Numbered from the stretch's first letter, positions 1 through 9,158 are shown. The stretch is DNA of 64,000 nucleotides from Candidatus Bathyarchaeia archaeon (GCA_035529595.1 DATKWK010000035.1:49067-113066), one strand, 5' to 3'. Translations and numbers: made by a program. The notes: generated from the sequence alone by a model not told the origin.

Positions 1-396
1 AATGACCCAGTTTAATGAATTCAGAAAGGATGCCCATTCGGCTGCATCCTGGGTTGAAGGTTCGCGCCAATAGTTCTTCTGGAATGAAGTTGCCAAACGC
101 ACAATCGGAATTAAATGATGAAACCGTAATTTATCAAAAATACCCTGCCATTTATTTCTGTCCCTATCTTTTTCCTCAATCACTAAAGTTACATAACCCC
201 AATCCCCGCCTGAAGAATTGACCAAATCAGCGGCATTTTCTAAATCATCATCGCTGGCTGTAGTTAGATGAATACCGAATTTATTATTCGGTTGCTTGTC
301 TGATATTTCTTGAGCCAGAGCATTCCCTGTTAAAGAAAACAGGCCGATGGCAAAAAAGATAAAAAGACTGCTAATAAATTTTTTCTGTCTCGTCAT
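1..396 (-). CDS. Secreted protein with probable glycoside-hydrolase-like fold (runs off the left edge)
   Basis: Absent from the ORF track. Manual translation from ATG at 396 is open to position 1: MTRQKKFISSLFIFFAIGLFSLTGNALAQE...NKFGIHL...NSSGGDWGYVTLVI...LIPIVRLAT...; signal peptide ending in ALA. Fold assignment is from recollection of similar CPR proteins. Confidence 0.75.
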   Translation of the reverse strand, partial: MTRQKKFISSLFIFFAIGLFSLTGNALAQEISDKQPNNKFGIHLTTASDDDLENAADLVNSSGGDWGYVTLVIEEKDRDRNKWQGIFDKLRFHHLIPIVRLATSFQKNYWREPSTQDAAEWASFLNSLNWVI

Positions 397-499
397 TTTA
401 ATTTACCTTAATTCTAACAGAGAGTTGCCAGTCCTTACTGTCAAATATGATATTTTCTTTTTTATTAAAAAAAAATATAATGAAAGAGGGTAAATTATT

Positions 500-1114
500 A
501 TGCCCGAACAGACACAATTAAGTTTTCCGACTGAAGCTTACCGTGAGGCAATAAATGCCATAAGAAATGCTGGTGAGAATAATCATGCCAGTGACAACGG
601 TAGTAATACTGTTATTCCCTTGTTAAAAATGATTCCTGGAGTTAAATTCGGTCAGTCTGCACCTCAAGCTGAACTTCATGATCTAGGTATAAATGGAGTC
701 CGTGCGACAGTGGTACTGGCAAGCAGGGACAGTGATAAGGCTATTGAAGCGATAGTTCATTTAATTCCGAAATCGCAGTTAAGTTGGATTACAATCACTA
801 GAAGAAACGGAGACGCCCAGTTAAGATTGATACTAATAATCGATGAAAAGGGTGTTCTTTCGTATGGTTTATTATTAAAACAATCTAGACAGGTAGACGA
901 AAAGAGAGACGGTCCGTTCGAAGGCAAAATCAGCGATCGATTGACATTTGATTCGGCCGGTAATATATCCCACGCCAGAGTAAGAAATCTTGCCCTTATG
1001 CCTGATCAACATGTAAACCTGGCTTATATGATTTCCCGTTTAACTGATCAAACCGATCTTTTAACTGAAATTAGAGATATTCCCCTTGAAAGTTTACTCG
1101 AAGAAAGCCAATAA
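500..1114 (+). CDS. Hypothetical protein
   Basis: 204-aa ORF with purine-rich GAGGG upstream; no recognisable motif. Confidence 0.65.
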   Translation: MPEQTQLSFPTEAYREAINAIRNAGENNHASDNGSNTVIPLLKMIPGVKFGQSAPQAELHDLGINGVRATVVLASRDSDKAIEAIVHLIPKSQLSWITITRRNGDAQLRLILIIDEKGVLSYGLLLKQSRQVDEKRDGPFEGKISDRLTFDSAGNISHARVRNLALMPDQHVNLAYMISRLTDQTDLLTEIRDIPLESLLEESQ

Positions 1115-1125
1115 GCTCTATAATT

Positions 1126-2478
1126 CTATTTTATCCTATTTCTTAACTGTCCGGGATAATCCATTTTAATAAATGGCTTTCCCTGAGCATTATCAATAAC
1201 TTTCTTAATTATCTGATCCAGTTCTTTTACCTTTATCATTTTGGCCTCTTTTTTACCGATCACTAATGAAAACGGCACCAGATCTTCTCGAGCCAGTCTG
1301 ATTTTTTTAGCCACGCTCTCCGCCCGGTCGTCAATTTCAAGTCGTACCGGAAATTGCCGATTTTTTTCTATCAGCGATTGGCAAAAAGAAACGTAATCTT
1401 TCCCCACCGGAATTAGTCTTATTTGAGCCGGATAAAGCCAAAGCGGAAAGCTTTCTTTAAAATTATCAAACATCAGATACATAAACCGTTCAATGCCTCC
1501 GGGCACGGCGGCATGAATTATAACCGGATTAACCTGCTCCCCTTTTTGATTGACATATTTAATTCCCAACCGGCTAGCGTTCCCCATGTCTACTTGAATG
1601 CAACCAATTTCTCTTGCCTGGCCTAATTTATCAATAATCTTGTAGTCGACATTAACAATCCAATACCTGTCCTTGCCGTCCATCAAGACGCCAACTAAAA
1701 TATCCTGATCCAGATTCCTGGCAATGGCTAAAAGCCGGTCTTGGTATTTTATCCAGTTATCCCAAGAAGATACTTCGGCAACCACCTGATAATGTCGGCC
1801 GACTTCTGCGGCTGCTTTAACCAGCTGTTTTTCAATCCTGGGATACCATTTAAAAGCTTCTTTTATATCCTTAAAGTAGGGATGCAAATCCGGCATAAAA
1901 AACCGCCTTTGGCGATGAAAAATCATGCACTCGCCGCTTTGTTCATGCCGATAGCAGTCGGCAATGGAGAAATGGGCAAAAGGCAAGTTCTTATAACTGA
2001 GTCGATATTTACCGGCTAAATTGAATTGCGGGTAACTGGCATCATAGCTCATGACTACTTTCCGCTTTCCTGATTTAAATCGGAACAGCCGGTCACCATA
2101 AAGATTAGCGTAAGCACGAACCACCGGATAAGATTCATCAAAAATATTGGCACCCCGAACTTCATAAATCGGGAAACCAATCTGGTTAACTAGTTGGCGG
2201 GCATAATCTTTTACCAACCGCATAATCAGCTCGGCTTTATAGTCATGACTTAAAAAACCGGCATCAGAATTTTCTTCCCAACTGAAACCCATCTTTTGGG
2301 CATAAAAAAGATATTCCGGCTTCTTTTTTATTGCCTCAGATCCGGAAATTAAGCCTTCCTTCAAAGCTTCCCTTTTGATTAAAGCTCTGAAGTCTTCCTC
2401 ACCCTTCCCGGCATTAAGATAGGCCTCAGGCTGGTAAACTTGGCTGTTTTTTTGGATGATGAAATATTTATTATCCAT
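1126..2478 (-). CDS. thrS: Threonyl-tRNA synthetase, archaeal-type catalytic + anticodon-binding domains, no N-terminal editing domain
   Basis: Class II motif 2 (YRHEQSGE...RQRRFFMPDLH), motif 3 (GGIERF), PLWLYPAQIRLIPV and DDRAESVAKKIR anticodon domain; AAGGAG SD; upstream Thr-rich leader. Confidence 0.85.
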   Translation of the reverse strand: MDNKYFIIQKNSQVYQPEAYLNAGKGEEDFRALIKREALKEGLISGSEAIKKKPEYLFYAQKMGFSWEENSDAGFLSHDYKAELIMRLVKDYARQLVNQIGFPIYEVRGANIFDESYPVVRAYANLYGDRLFRFKSGKRKVVMSYDASYPQFNLAGKYRLSYKNLPFAHFSIADCYRHEQSGECMIFHRQRRFFMPDLHPYFKDIKEAFKWYPRIEKQLVKAAAEVGRHYQVVAEVSSWDNWIKYQDRLLAIARNLDQDILVGVLMDGKDRYWIVNVDYKIIDKLGQAREIGCIQVDMGNASRLGIKYVNQKGEQVNPVIIHAAVPGGIERFMYLMFDNFKESFPLWLYPAQIRLIPVGKDYVSFCQSLIEKNRQFPVRLEIDDRAESVAKKIRLAREDLVPFSLVIGKKEAKMIKVKELDQIIKKVIDNAQGKPFIKMDYPGQLRNRIK

Positions 2479-2557
2479 GTTTTACTCCTTTAAGAAATTG
2501 AAATTTCAATCTTCTCCTTTGGGGAAAGTCCTAAAATGAAGTTTTTTTCAAGGCAAT

Positions 2558-2582
2558 AAAAAAACTCCCGCCGCCGGGAGTC
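2558..2582 (-). terminator. Attenuator terminator hairpin of the thrS leader
   Basis: Minus strand GACTCCCG-GCGG-CGGGAGTTTTTTT: 7-bp stem followed by a U-tract. Confidence 0.85.
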
Positions 2583-2614
2583 GCAGTTGCGCTGATTTCA
2601 CGACAACCAACGGG

Positions 2615-2671
2615 CTAGGACTTAGCCGTGGTCGTGGTAGTGAAATTAGCAGAATGTATATTTGGAATCAT
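2615..2671 (-). CDS. Thr-rich leader peptide MIPNIHSANFTTTTTAKS (attenuator peptide)
   Basis: ATG at 2671 to TAG at 2615; five consecutive Thr codons ACT ACC ACG ACC ACG; lies upstream of the terminator and thrS. Confidence 0.8.
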   Translation of the reverse strand: MIPNIHSANFTTTTTAKS

Positions 2672-2738
2672 TTGATGTATATATAACACATCTCCGGCAT
2701 AAAAACAAATTTTATTTATCGAGACTGTTGAATAACAT

Positions 2739-3974
2739 CTAGCCGATCCTTTTTTCCTCTAAAATCTTTATTTTTCTTTTCCGCAATTCGTTCATAAATT
2801 CATAATAGATTTCTCCCTGAAGACAATTTTCGGGTGTAACAATCCCCTTTTCTTTAATTTTACCGGCGGCAAGCATTCTGACGGCGATTGCCGCCGGAAA
2901 AGCGGTTACCCGACTCATCGCTGAAATTTTCTTCCGCGTATCTGCCTTCTCCCACATATAGTAATCGATTCTTACGCCTTTACCATTCTTCTTCCCCTTG
3001 ACCGTATTCCACATCACACAAACATCACCGTCTGTCTTATCCGCTCTTAAACGCGGCTCCAAGACCGAAACCAAAAATTCACGCGGTACCAACGGCTGGT
3101 GGTTAAATTCGACCGGTTTAAGGTCCAAGAGACCGCATTTTTTTAAAGTCTTGATTCCCTGCCAGTGACCGGGCCAACGAATAGTTTTTTCGGCAAATTC
3201 TTTTAATCCGGACCGGGTGTAAAGAAAACTGGGCATCCCCGGAGTAATAAAACATTCAAGCTCTTCTTTTTTACCCAACTTTTCAAACTTAAATGTTTCA
3301 TAGCCTTCCATTGCTTCAACTTCTGCCGGCTTACCGTTTTTTAAAATCTTTACTTTTACCATATATTCTCTTAACACATGGCCAAACGCCCAAGTGATCA
3401 TATATTTCAGAGGCCGGTTTTGGGCCGATTTCTTGGACGGGATACCGCCTACCCGGGCAACGGCTGAATCTGCCTCATCTAATTGATTGATACCTTCATT
3501 AACCGTTATATTGCTTAAACCCGGCGCAAAACCTATACCATCAATTATGGTAACGCCATTTTGGACTGCCTGTCGATGAAGCCAGTCTCCATATTGATTA
3601 AGACTTTGACCGGCAGGAAGATCTAAGCCTTCCGTCTCATAAGGATCGGGACGACGGTGGTATTCTTCTAAAACATCAACCCCGCTTTTACCCACCTCGA
3701 TCAATGCCTGAATTATCTGATAATCGGTTCTTCGATCAGGCAGGCAAATTACCGCCGCATCGTATTGTTTGATCAATTGCCGAACTTCCTGTTTCCGGTT
3801 AACGTCAAGGAGATGGCTCTTTACCTTGCTGCTTGCCAACCAATTTCCGGTTCTGTCAAGATTTTCCTGATTTCGGCCGACAATTCCTATTTGCTCAAGT
3901 TGGGGATCACCAACCAAATCCCAAGCGACTACCGACCCGATTTTCCCGGTTCCGCCAAAAATTAAGATTTTCAT
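2739..3974 (-). CDS. Saccharopine dehydrogenase / lysine 6-dehydrogenase family NAD(P)-dependent oxidoreductase
   Basis: Rossmann GGTGKIG; GIGFAPGLSN; VGGIP; KTIRWPGH; AMSRVTAFPA. Confidence 0.85.
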   Translation of the reverse strand: MKILIFGGTGKIGSVVAWDLVGDPQLEQIGIVGRNQENLDRTGNWLASSKVKSHLLDVNRKQEVRQLIKQYDAAVICLPDRRTDYQIIQALIEVGKSGVDVLEEYHRRPDPYETEGLDLPAGQSLNQYGDWLHRQAVQNGVTIIDGIGFAPGLSNITVNEGINQLDEADSAVARVGGIPSKKSAQNRPLKYMITWAFGHVLREYMVKVKILKNGKPAEVEAMEGYETFKFEKLGKKEELECFITPGMPSFLYTRSGLKEFAEKTIRWPGHWQGIKTLKKCGLLDLKPVEFNHQPLVPREFLVSVLEPRLRADKTDGDVCVMWNTVKGKKNGKGVRIDYYMWEKADTRKKISAMSRVTAFPAAIAVRMLAAGKIKEKGIVTPENCLQGEIYYEFMNELRKRKIKILEEKRIG

Positions 3975-4072
3975 TTTGCTCCTTTCTTCTTAAATAAAAG
4001 GCTTTGTTTAGAAAAACTAAACTATTGTAATATAATATTCATTAAATAAAATCAGTCCAATTTTATTCTAAC

Positions 4073-5143
4073 ATGACCAAAGGCAATTTAATCAAGAAGC
4101 TTCGTCTCTATTTAGAGGAACAATCAAAAATTGATAACTTTTCAGGCACAGTTTTGGTGGCCAAGGATGGCCAGCCCGTCCTTGAATACACTTCAGGTTT
4201 TGCCAATAAAGAAAGTCATTTGGTCAACAAGATTAACACGAAATTTAGCTTAGGCTCTGTCAACAAGATATTTACTGGTGTAGCCATCGCCCAACTGGTC
4301 GAAAAAGGATTACTAAAGTTTGATGATATTGTTGGTAAATACCTGCCTGATTATCCAAACCCGACTGTTAAAAAACAAGTAACTATTCATCATCTTTTAA
4401 CTCATACCTCAGGCTTGGGTCATTACCCGAAAGACTGGGATAAGCTTAAAGCTTTTCGCGAATCTCTACGATCAATCAGCGATTTTGTCGGTCTATTTAA
4501 AGACAAACCATTATTATTCAGGCCAGGCGCAAAGTATCAATACAGCGCCGATGGCTACGAACTATTGGGAGCAATTATTGAAGCTACGGCACGGCAAAAC
4601 TATTACGATTATGTAGCAGATAATATTTTTCATAAAGCCGGTATGCCAAATACAGATTTTTACGAGATTGACCGGGTAAATCTTAACCCGAATGTTGCCA
4701 TCGGATACAAGAAAACTCGAGACAGCTTTTTTTCTCCCTCAAAAGCACCGCCGGAAAATAATCTGGCAGTAAATCTCATCAAAGGAAGCGCCGCGGGAGG
4801 AGGATATTCTACAGTCTACGATCTGTTTCATTTCTCCCAAGCTTTACTGGAGCATAGACTTCTTAGTCATGAAATGACTTGTCTGGTCACTACTCCTCAG
4901 GTAAAGATAGAGACAGTGGAGACGCAAACTTTATATTACGGTTATGGTTTTCAAATCGTGGATTTCGCTGGCCAATATACAAGGATAGGCCACGGAGGCG
5001 CGTTTGCAGGTGTTAATGCCAGATTAGATATATATAAAGAACCTGTATATACTGTTATTGTGCTATCCAACTATGACAGACCAACTGCCTTCAGGGTAGC
5101 CGGTAAGGCGGAAAAACTAATCACTATGAATAAAATGCTATAA
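4073..5143 (+). CDS. Serine hydrolase, beta-lactamase/PBP-like family
   Basis: FSLGSVNK (SxxK), HLLTHTSG, YQYS, GHGG. Confidence 0.9.
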   Translation: MTKGNLIKKLRLYLEEQSKIDNFSGTVLVAKDGQPVLEYTSGFANKESHLVNKINTKFSLGSVNKIFTGVAIAQLVEKGLLKFDDIVGKYLPDYPNPTVKKQVTIHHLLTHTSGLGHYPKDWDKLKAFRESLRSISDFVGLFKDKPLLFRPGAKYQYSADGYELLGAIIEATARQNYYDYVADNIFHKAGMPNTDFYEIDRVNLNPNVAIGYKKTRDSFFSPSKAPPENNLAVNLIKGSAAGGGYSTVYDLFHFSQALLEHRLLSHEMTCLVTTPQVKIETVETQTLYYGYGFQIVDFAGQYTRIGHGGAFAGVNARLDIYKEPVYTVIVLSNYDRPTAFRVAGKAEKLITMNKML

Positions 5144-5150
5144 TCCACAT

Positions 5151-5498
5151 ATGGATGAGCTTGAGCCGAAAGAGCAAAATTTGTCTTCCAGTCCACCACC
5201 AAAGAAAGCAAATATAACCCTTCAACAAGCAATCGACTTTGGAGAATACGATCCTAAATATTTAGCGAATTTTGCCGAATGGCATAATCTAAGTATTCAT
5301 ATTCAATGGCAGTTAATAAGGAAAGCGCTCGAGATCCGCCAACGCCAGCTGATTACGCAATATGCTGAGCTAAACAATGCCCTTAATTTCAGTAAGAAGC
5401 CTCACATTCATAAAGCCTGCAGAAGCGTTGAAAGACAACTTAAAAAGCTGGCACAAGATAATGAAGAGCTTTACGTTGAATATTCAAATAAGATTTAA
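5151..5498 (+). CDS. Hypothetical helical protein
   Basis: 115-aa ORF starting 7 nt after the previous gene. Confidence 0.7.
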   Translation: MDELEPKEQNLSSSPPPKKANITLQQAIDFGEYDPKYLANFAEWHNLSIHIQWQLIRKALEIRQRQLITQYAELNNALNFSKKPHIHKACRSVERQLKKLAQDNEELYVEYSNKI

Positions 5499-5610
5499 TT
5501 TTCAATTTAATAATAATTAACGGCTGCCACCGGACCTGAACGAAGAAATCTTTTCACTAATCCCAGTTAGAATCTGGAATAAATAATACTTCAAAAGCCA
5601 GAATAATTTA

Positions 5611-6573
5611 TTATTTTATACCCGTAAACATGTCTTCATCGCTTTGATTTTCAATTATCGCCTTTATAAACTGAGTGTTTTGTACCTGCCCGATTTTCCA
5701 ATTTCCATAGTCCATAAAAGCATCAAGATTGCTGTCAACCAATATTGGTAAAACCTCTTTCCATCCGAGCTTCGAACCATAAGCAGCAAGCAAGGCTTCG
5801 TTTGGATACGACGCTTCTATCGCCCGCTTTCTGACTATTCTCAAACCGTCATCAAAAGATGTTCCTTTCTGAGCGGCGATAATATGAGCCTGAAGATGAA
5901 TATTCACCAGAGTTGAACGAGCCTCTTCCATAAATCGAGAAAAGGGCAGATCTGTAAGAACAAGGCTATTCTCTATTAGAAAAGATCTAAACCGGTTTCT
6001 TAAAATTCGGACATTTCTCTCCTGAAAATTAAGGCCGAGTTGTTTATTGACATATTGAAGTGCTTCCGCGCAACCAAAGGTTGAGTAAGAATCTTCATTA
6101 GCTATGTCGAAATCGACTACAGACCTATAGGCAGGGCATAAATATAAAACCATCCCTCCAATTAAATCGGCGATATTATCGATTCCGTAATTGCCAGCGG
6201 CATACGACTTCTTTACCATTATTAAGCCGCTGCTGGATAAAAAATGAGCATGGGCTACCTCAGTGGCAACCTGAAGTTGTTGTCTAAACCAATTCGAAGA
6301 CAAAACCGCCGGATGAAGCATTAGCTGATTCTCAGCTGCTATCTGTTCTCCAAAGACTAACTCATCAACAATTATTAAAGCTTGACGATAGTCTCCGATC
6401 CGATTCCGTAGCCACCCGGGATACTGCGGGTGACTAAGACCTTGATCAATAAGCTGGCATGCCTCTCCGGTATTCAACCGTGCTTGTTTATCTTCAACCG
6501 ACGATGCCAATACGGCTTCAATAATTTGACGTTCTAAATGTTCTGGAAATGGTAAAAACACATACACCTTCAA
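5611..6573 (-). CDS. Hypothetical protein, possibly 5'-truncated
   Basis: 320-aa ORF; its TTG start lies inside the palindrome of the repeat at 6564. Confidence 0.65.
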   Translation of the reverse strand: MKVYVFLPFPEHLERQIIEAVLASSVEDKQARLNTGEACQLIDQGLSHPQYPGWLRNRIGDYRQALIIVDELVFGEQIAAENQLMLHPAVLSSNWFRQQLQVATEVAHAHFLSSSGLIMVKKSYAAGNYGIDNIADLIGGMVLYLCPAYRSVVDFDIANEDSYSTFGCAEALQYVNKQLGLNFQERNVRILRNRFRSFLIENSLVLTDLPFSRFMEEARSTLVNIHLQAHIIAAQKGTSFDDGLRIVRKRAIEASYPNEALLAAYGSKLGWKEVLPILVDSNLDAFMDYGNWKIGQVQNTQFIKAIIENQSDEDMFTGIK

Positions 6574-6677
6574 GGTGTCTTACCCTTGACACCTCGGTCA
6601 TCCGATGTAAACGGACAAATCCACGCTAGGCCCCCAAATAGCGTGATCATAAAAAACACAAATAATCGAGCTATTTC
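6564..6677. repeat. Copy A of a ~110-bp direct repeat starting with palindrome ACACCTT-C-AAGGTGT
   Basis: Aligns by eye with 9032-9138, with a few substitutions and two small indels. Confidence 0.9.
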
Positions 6678-7007
6678 CATAATTGAGCGTATATTAACAA
6701 AACCGAACTAGTTTAAAAGGCTCGCCGGAGGCTAGGTAAATGTGGCGGCTTGCTTAGTTTATGAACCAGCCGCCACTCGATTGGTAGCCCAGTCTCCGCT
6801 GCAGTCGGGGCGGGCCAACACGATCCCGATTGGAAAAAGGTTGGAATTTTTCTATAATAGGCCACAGAAAGATAATCTTGTTTGCCTGCCGGAAAATTCG
6901 CCAGCGCGATGGCGGGCGTGCGGATCGATAAAAAGAGCTTTGTAGATTATTTATATTAATTACTTTCTTTCAAAAAGAAAACGCAAAAAATTTACATCTA
7001 TAGATAA

Positions 7008-7673
7008 ATGAATACAAATCCCAAGGCAAAACGAATTTTATGCTACGGCGACTCCTATACTTGGGGCTATGTTCCCGACACCAATCATCAAAGACTTCCT
7101 TCAGATAAAAGATGGACCGGTTTGTTACAGATAAACCTAGGTGATAATTTTGAAATTATTGAAGAAGGGCTAAACAGCAGAACCTTAAATAGCAAAGATG
7201 CTCGTCCAGGAAAAGAAGGCCGGAATGGAAAAGAATACTTGATTCCTTGCCTTGATTCTCACGATCCTGTTGATTTGGTTATTCTTGTATTGGGAACCAA
7301 TGAACTAAAAGACTCTTTCGACACAACAATAGAAGAAATAGGAAAAATTATCGAAGAGGATTATGTCCAAGTAATACTAAATCGTAAATCGCAATTTCGT
7401 GATACCACCCCCCAGCTTTTACTAATTTCACCACCCCTAATTGATAACACTAAAGAATATGCCAAGCAAAGATATTCGAATTCAAAAGTAAAGAATAAAG
7501 CCCTAGCTAGTCTTTATGAAAAAATATCTATCAAGAACAATTGCTATTTCCTGGATTCCTCACAACTTGTTAAAGTAGGCACAGACGGGGTTCATTTAGA
7601 CGCCGATAATCACAAGAAACTTGGTGAGGTAATAACCGAAAAGGCTTTAAATGTTTTTAGGGGGAGGAAATAA
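7008..7673 (+). CDS. SGNH/GDSL hydrolase (arylesterase-like)
   Basis: GDSY, EEGLNSRT, LGTNE, DGVH blocks. Confidence 0.9.
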   Translation: MNTNPKAKRILCYGDSYTWGYVPDTNHQRLPSDKRWTGLLQINLGDNFEIIEEGLNSRTLNSKDARPGKEGRNGKEYLIPCLDSHDPVDLVILVLGTNELKDSFDTTIEEIGKIIEEDYVQVILNRKSQFRDTTPQLLLISPPLIDNTKEYAKQRYSNSKVKNKALASLYEKISIKNNCYFLDSSQLVKVGTDGVHLDADNHKKLGEVITEKALNVFRGRK

Positions 7674-7677
7674 GCTA

Positions 7678-8220
7678 ATGGATTCAAAATTTGAAATTCT
7701 AGATAGTGTTGATAGGCAAGGAAACGTTATTGGCCAAGCTACTAGGAAAGAGTTTCATCACAATCCAAAGCTAATTCATCAAGTCGCCCACTGCTGGATT
7801 TTTAACAAAAAAGGCCAAATTCTCTGGCAGCAAAGATCTCTAAAAAAAGATCTGTCCCCCGGCTATTGGGATATGTCTTGCGGCGACCATGTACCAACTG
7901 GTGAAACACCAGAAAGAACTCTCAAAAGAGAGCTTGAAGAAGAACTAGGCTTAACTGATGTAAATTTTAAGTTGGTTGATAAATATATTCAGGGTAATGA
8001 ACAACAAACAGAACTAATCTATTTATATTACGCCATAGTTGATAAACCAGCAGAAGAATTTAGTCTTCAGGAGGAAGAAGTTGAAAAAGTAATTTGGATA
8101 GATGTTCAAGAAGCCCAAATGAAATATGTCAAAAACGAACTTGAATCGACCGAATGGGTAGTTTCTCAAGTATCAAGAATCTTGCAAAAGGTTTTTAGCG
8201 AAAGAAAAAGTGAAGGATAA
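7678..8220 (+). CDS. NUDIX hydrolase (IDI-like)
   Basis: GETPERTLKRELEEELG Nudix box; ATG at 7678 follows GGAGG (ORF track starts at 7651). Confidence 0.9.
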   Translation: MDSKFEILDSVDRQGNVIGQATRKEFHHNPKLIHQVAHCWIFNKKGQILWQQRSLKKDLSPGYWDMSCGDHVPTGETPERTLKRELEEELGLTDVNFKLVDKYIQGNEQQTELIYLYYAIVDKPAEEFSLQEEEVEKVIWIDVQEAQMKYVKNELESTEWVVSQVSRILQKVFSERKSEG

Positions 8221-8854
8221 AACTTACCAGTATTTACTTTTGGATTGGGATGGTTGCTTGGCGGATACTCTTTCCATTTGGATGGCCGCTTACAAAAATA
8301 TTTTTAAGGTATTTGGTCTTATTCCAGCTGAAAAAGAGATTGTTGGCATTTTTGGTGATTGGCAAGGAGCCAGCAAATTGGGAGTCAAAGATAATGATCT
8401 TTTTTTCAAAAAACTCCTGGTTGAGGTAAATGCCAATCTCCCTTTTGCCAAACTTCACCAGGGAGTAAAAAAGACCTTGGTCGAACTTACTAAAAGAAGT
8501 AAAAAATTAGCCCTAGTGACTTCTTCTAAATCAGCCTCAGTCCTTCCAGCTTTAAAAAATTTAAAAGTCCAAAAGATATTTCAAGCAATTCTGACTGAGG
8601 AAAGGGTTACCCATCACAAACCTCACCCGGAAATAGTAGATAAAGCGATTGCCGCTTTGGGTGGAAATAAAGACCAGGCTTTGATTATCGGTGATGGACA
8701 AAAAGATATTTTGGCAGGTCAAAACGCAGGGATTGATACTTTGATCTTTTATCCTCAAATCAATAGCCGCTTTTACAGTCTAGACAGCTTGAAGAAATTA
8801 AAACCTGACTATTTTATCCGAGATTTTAAGGCTGTTTTGGAGATTATAAACTAA
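8210..8854 (+). CDS. HAD-IA family phosphatase
   Basis: DWDGCLADT, VTS, KPHPE, IGD motifs. Confidence 0.9.
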   Translation: MKDKTYQYLLLDWDGCLADTLSIWMAAYKNIFKVFGLIPAEKEIVGIFGDWQGASKLGVKDNDLFFKKLLVEVNANLPFAKLHQGVKKTLVELTKRSKKLALVTSSKSASVLPALKNLKVQKIFQAILTEERVTHHKPHPEIVDKAIAALGGNKDQALIIGDGQKDILAGQNAGIDTLIFYPQINSRFYSLDSLKKLKPDYFIRDFKAVLEIIN

Positions 8855-8855
8855 G

Positions 8856-9077
8856 ATGAAAGTCAAAATTAGGAAAGCCACCAGTACGGATTTTAAGATC
8901 TTTCAAAATCTTAATACCAAGCTCTTTTTTTATGATAAAAAATTTGACCCCGAACTTGATCTGAAATGGCCGAACAAGAAAGTAGGAGTTAGTTACTATC
9001 AGGATCTGCTTAAAGAAAATAATAGTTTAACACACCTTCAAGGTGTCTTATCCTTGACACCTCGGTCATCCAGATAA
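8856..9077 (+). pseudogene. GNAT acetyltransferase, N-terminal fragment truncated by the repeat
   Basis: MKVKIRKAT.. GNAT-like start; the last 15 codons (THLQGVLSLTPRSSR) come from the repeat at 9032; no acetyl-CoA-binding motif. Confidence 0.65.
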
Positions 9078-9138
9078 ATCCAGGCTAGGCCCTTAAATAG
9101 CGTGAAATCATAAAAAACACGAATAATCAAGCTATTTC
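9032..9138. repeat. Copy B of the ~110-bp direct repeat
   Basis: Matches 6564-6677. Confidence 0.9.
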
Positions 9139-9142
9139 GTAG

Positions 9143-9158
9143 GTGACCCCACAGGGAA
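9143..9158. repeat. att-like duplication of the tRNA-Glu 3' end
   Basis: GTGACCCCACAGGGAA vs GTGACCCCACGGGGAA at 12260-12275 (15/16 identical). Confidence 0.75.

Noticed and set aside
15-221. 68-aa plus-strand ORF
   Set aside because: Antisense shadow of the real minus-strand gene at 1-396
2480-2700. T-box riboswitch upstream of thrS
   Set aside because: No UGGNACC T-box bulge or stem I motifs; the leader-peptide model fits better
6742-6945. 67-aa ORF as a real gene
   Set aside because: No clear family; overlaps strong hairpins and is probably non-coding or a relic
6564-9138. CRISPR array or IS ends
   Set aside because: Only two long copies 2.5 kb apart, no regular spacers, no cas or transposase gene, no target-site duplication
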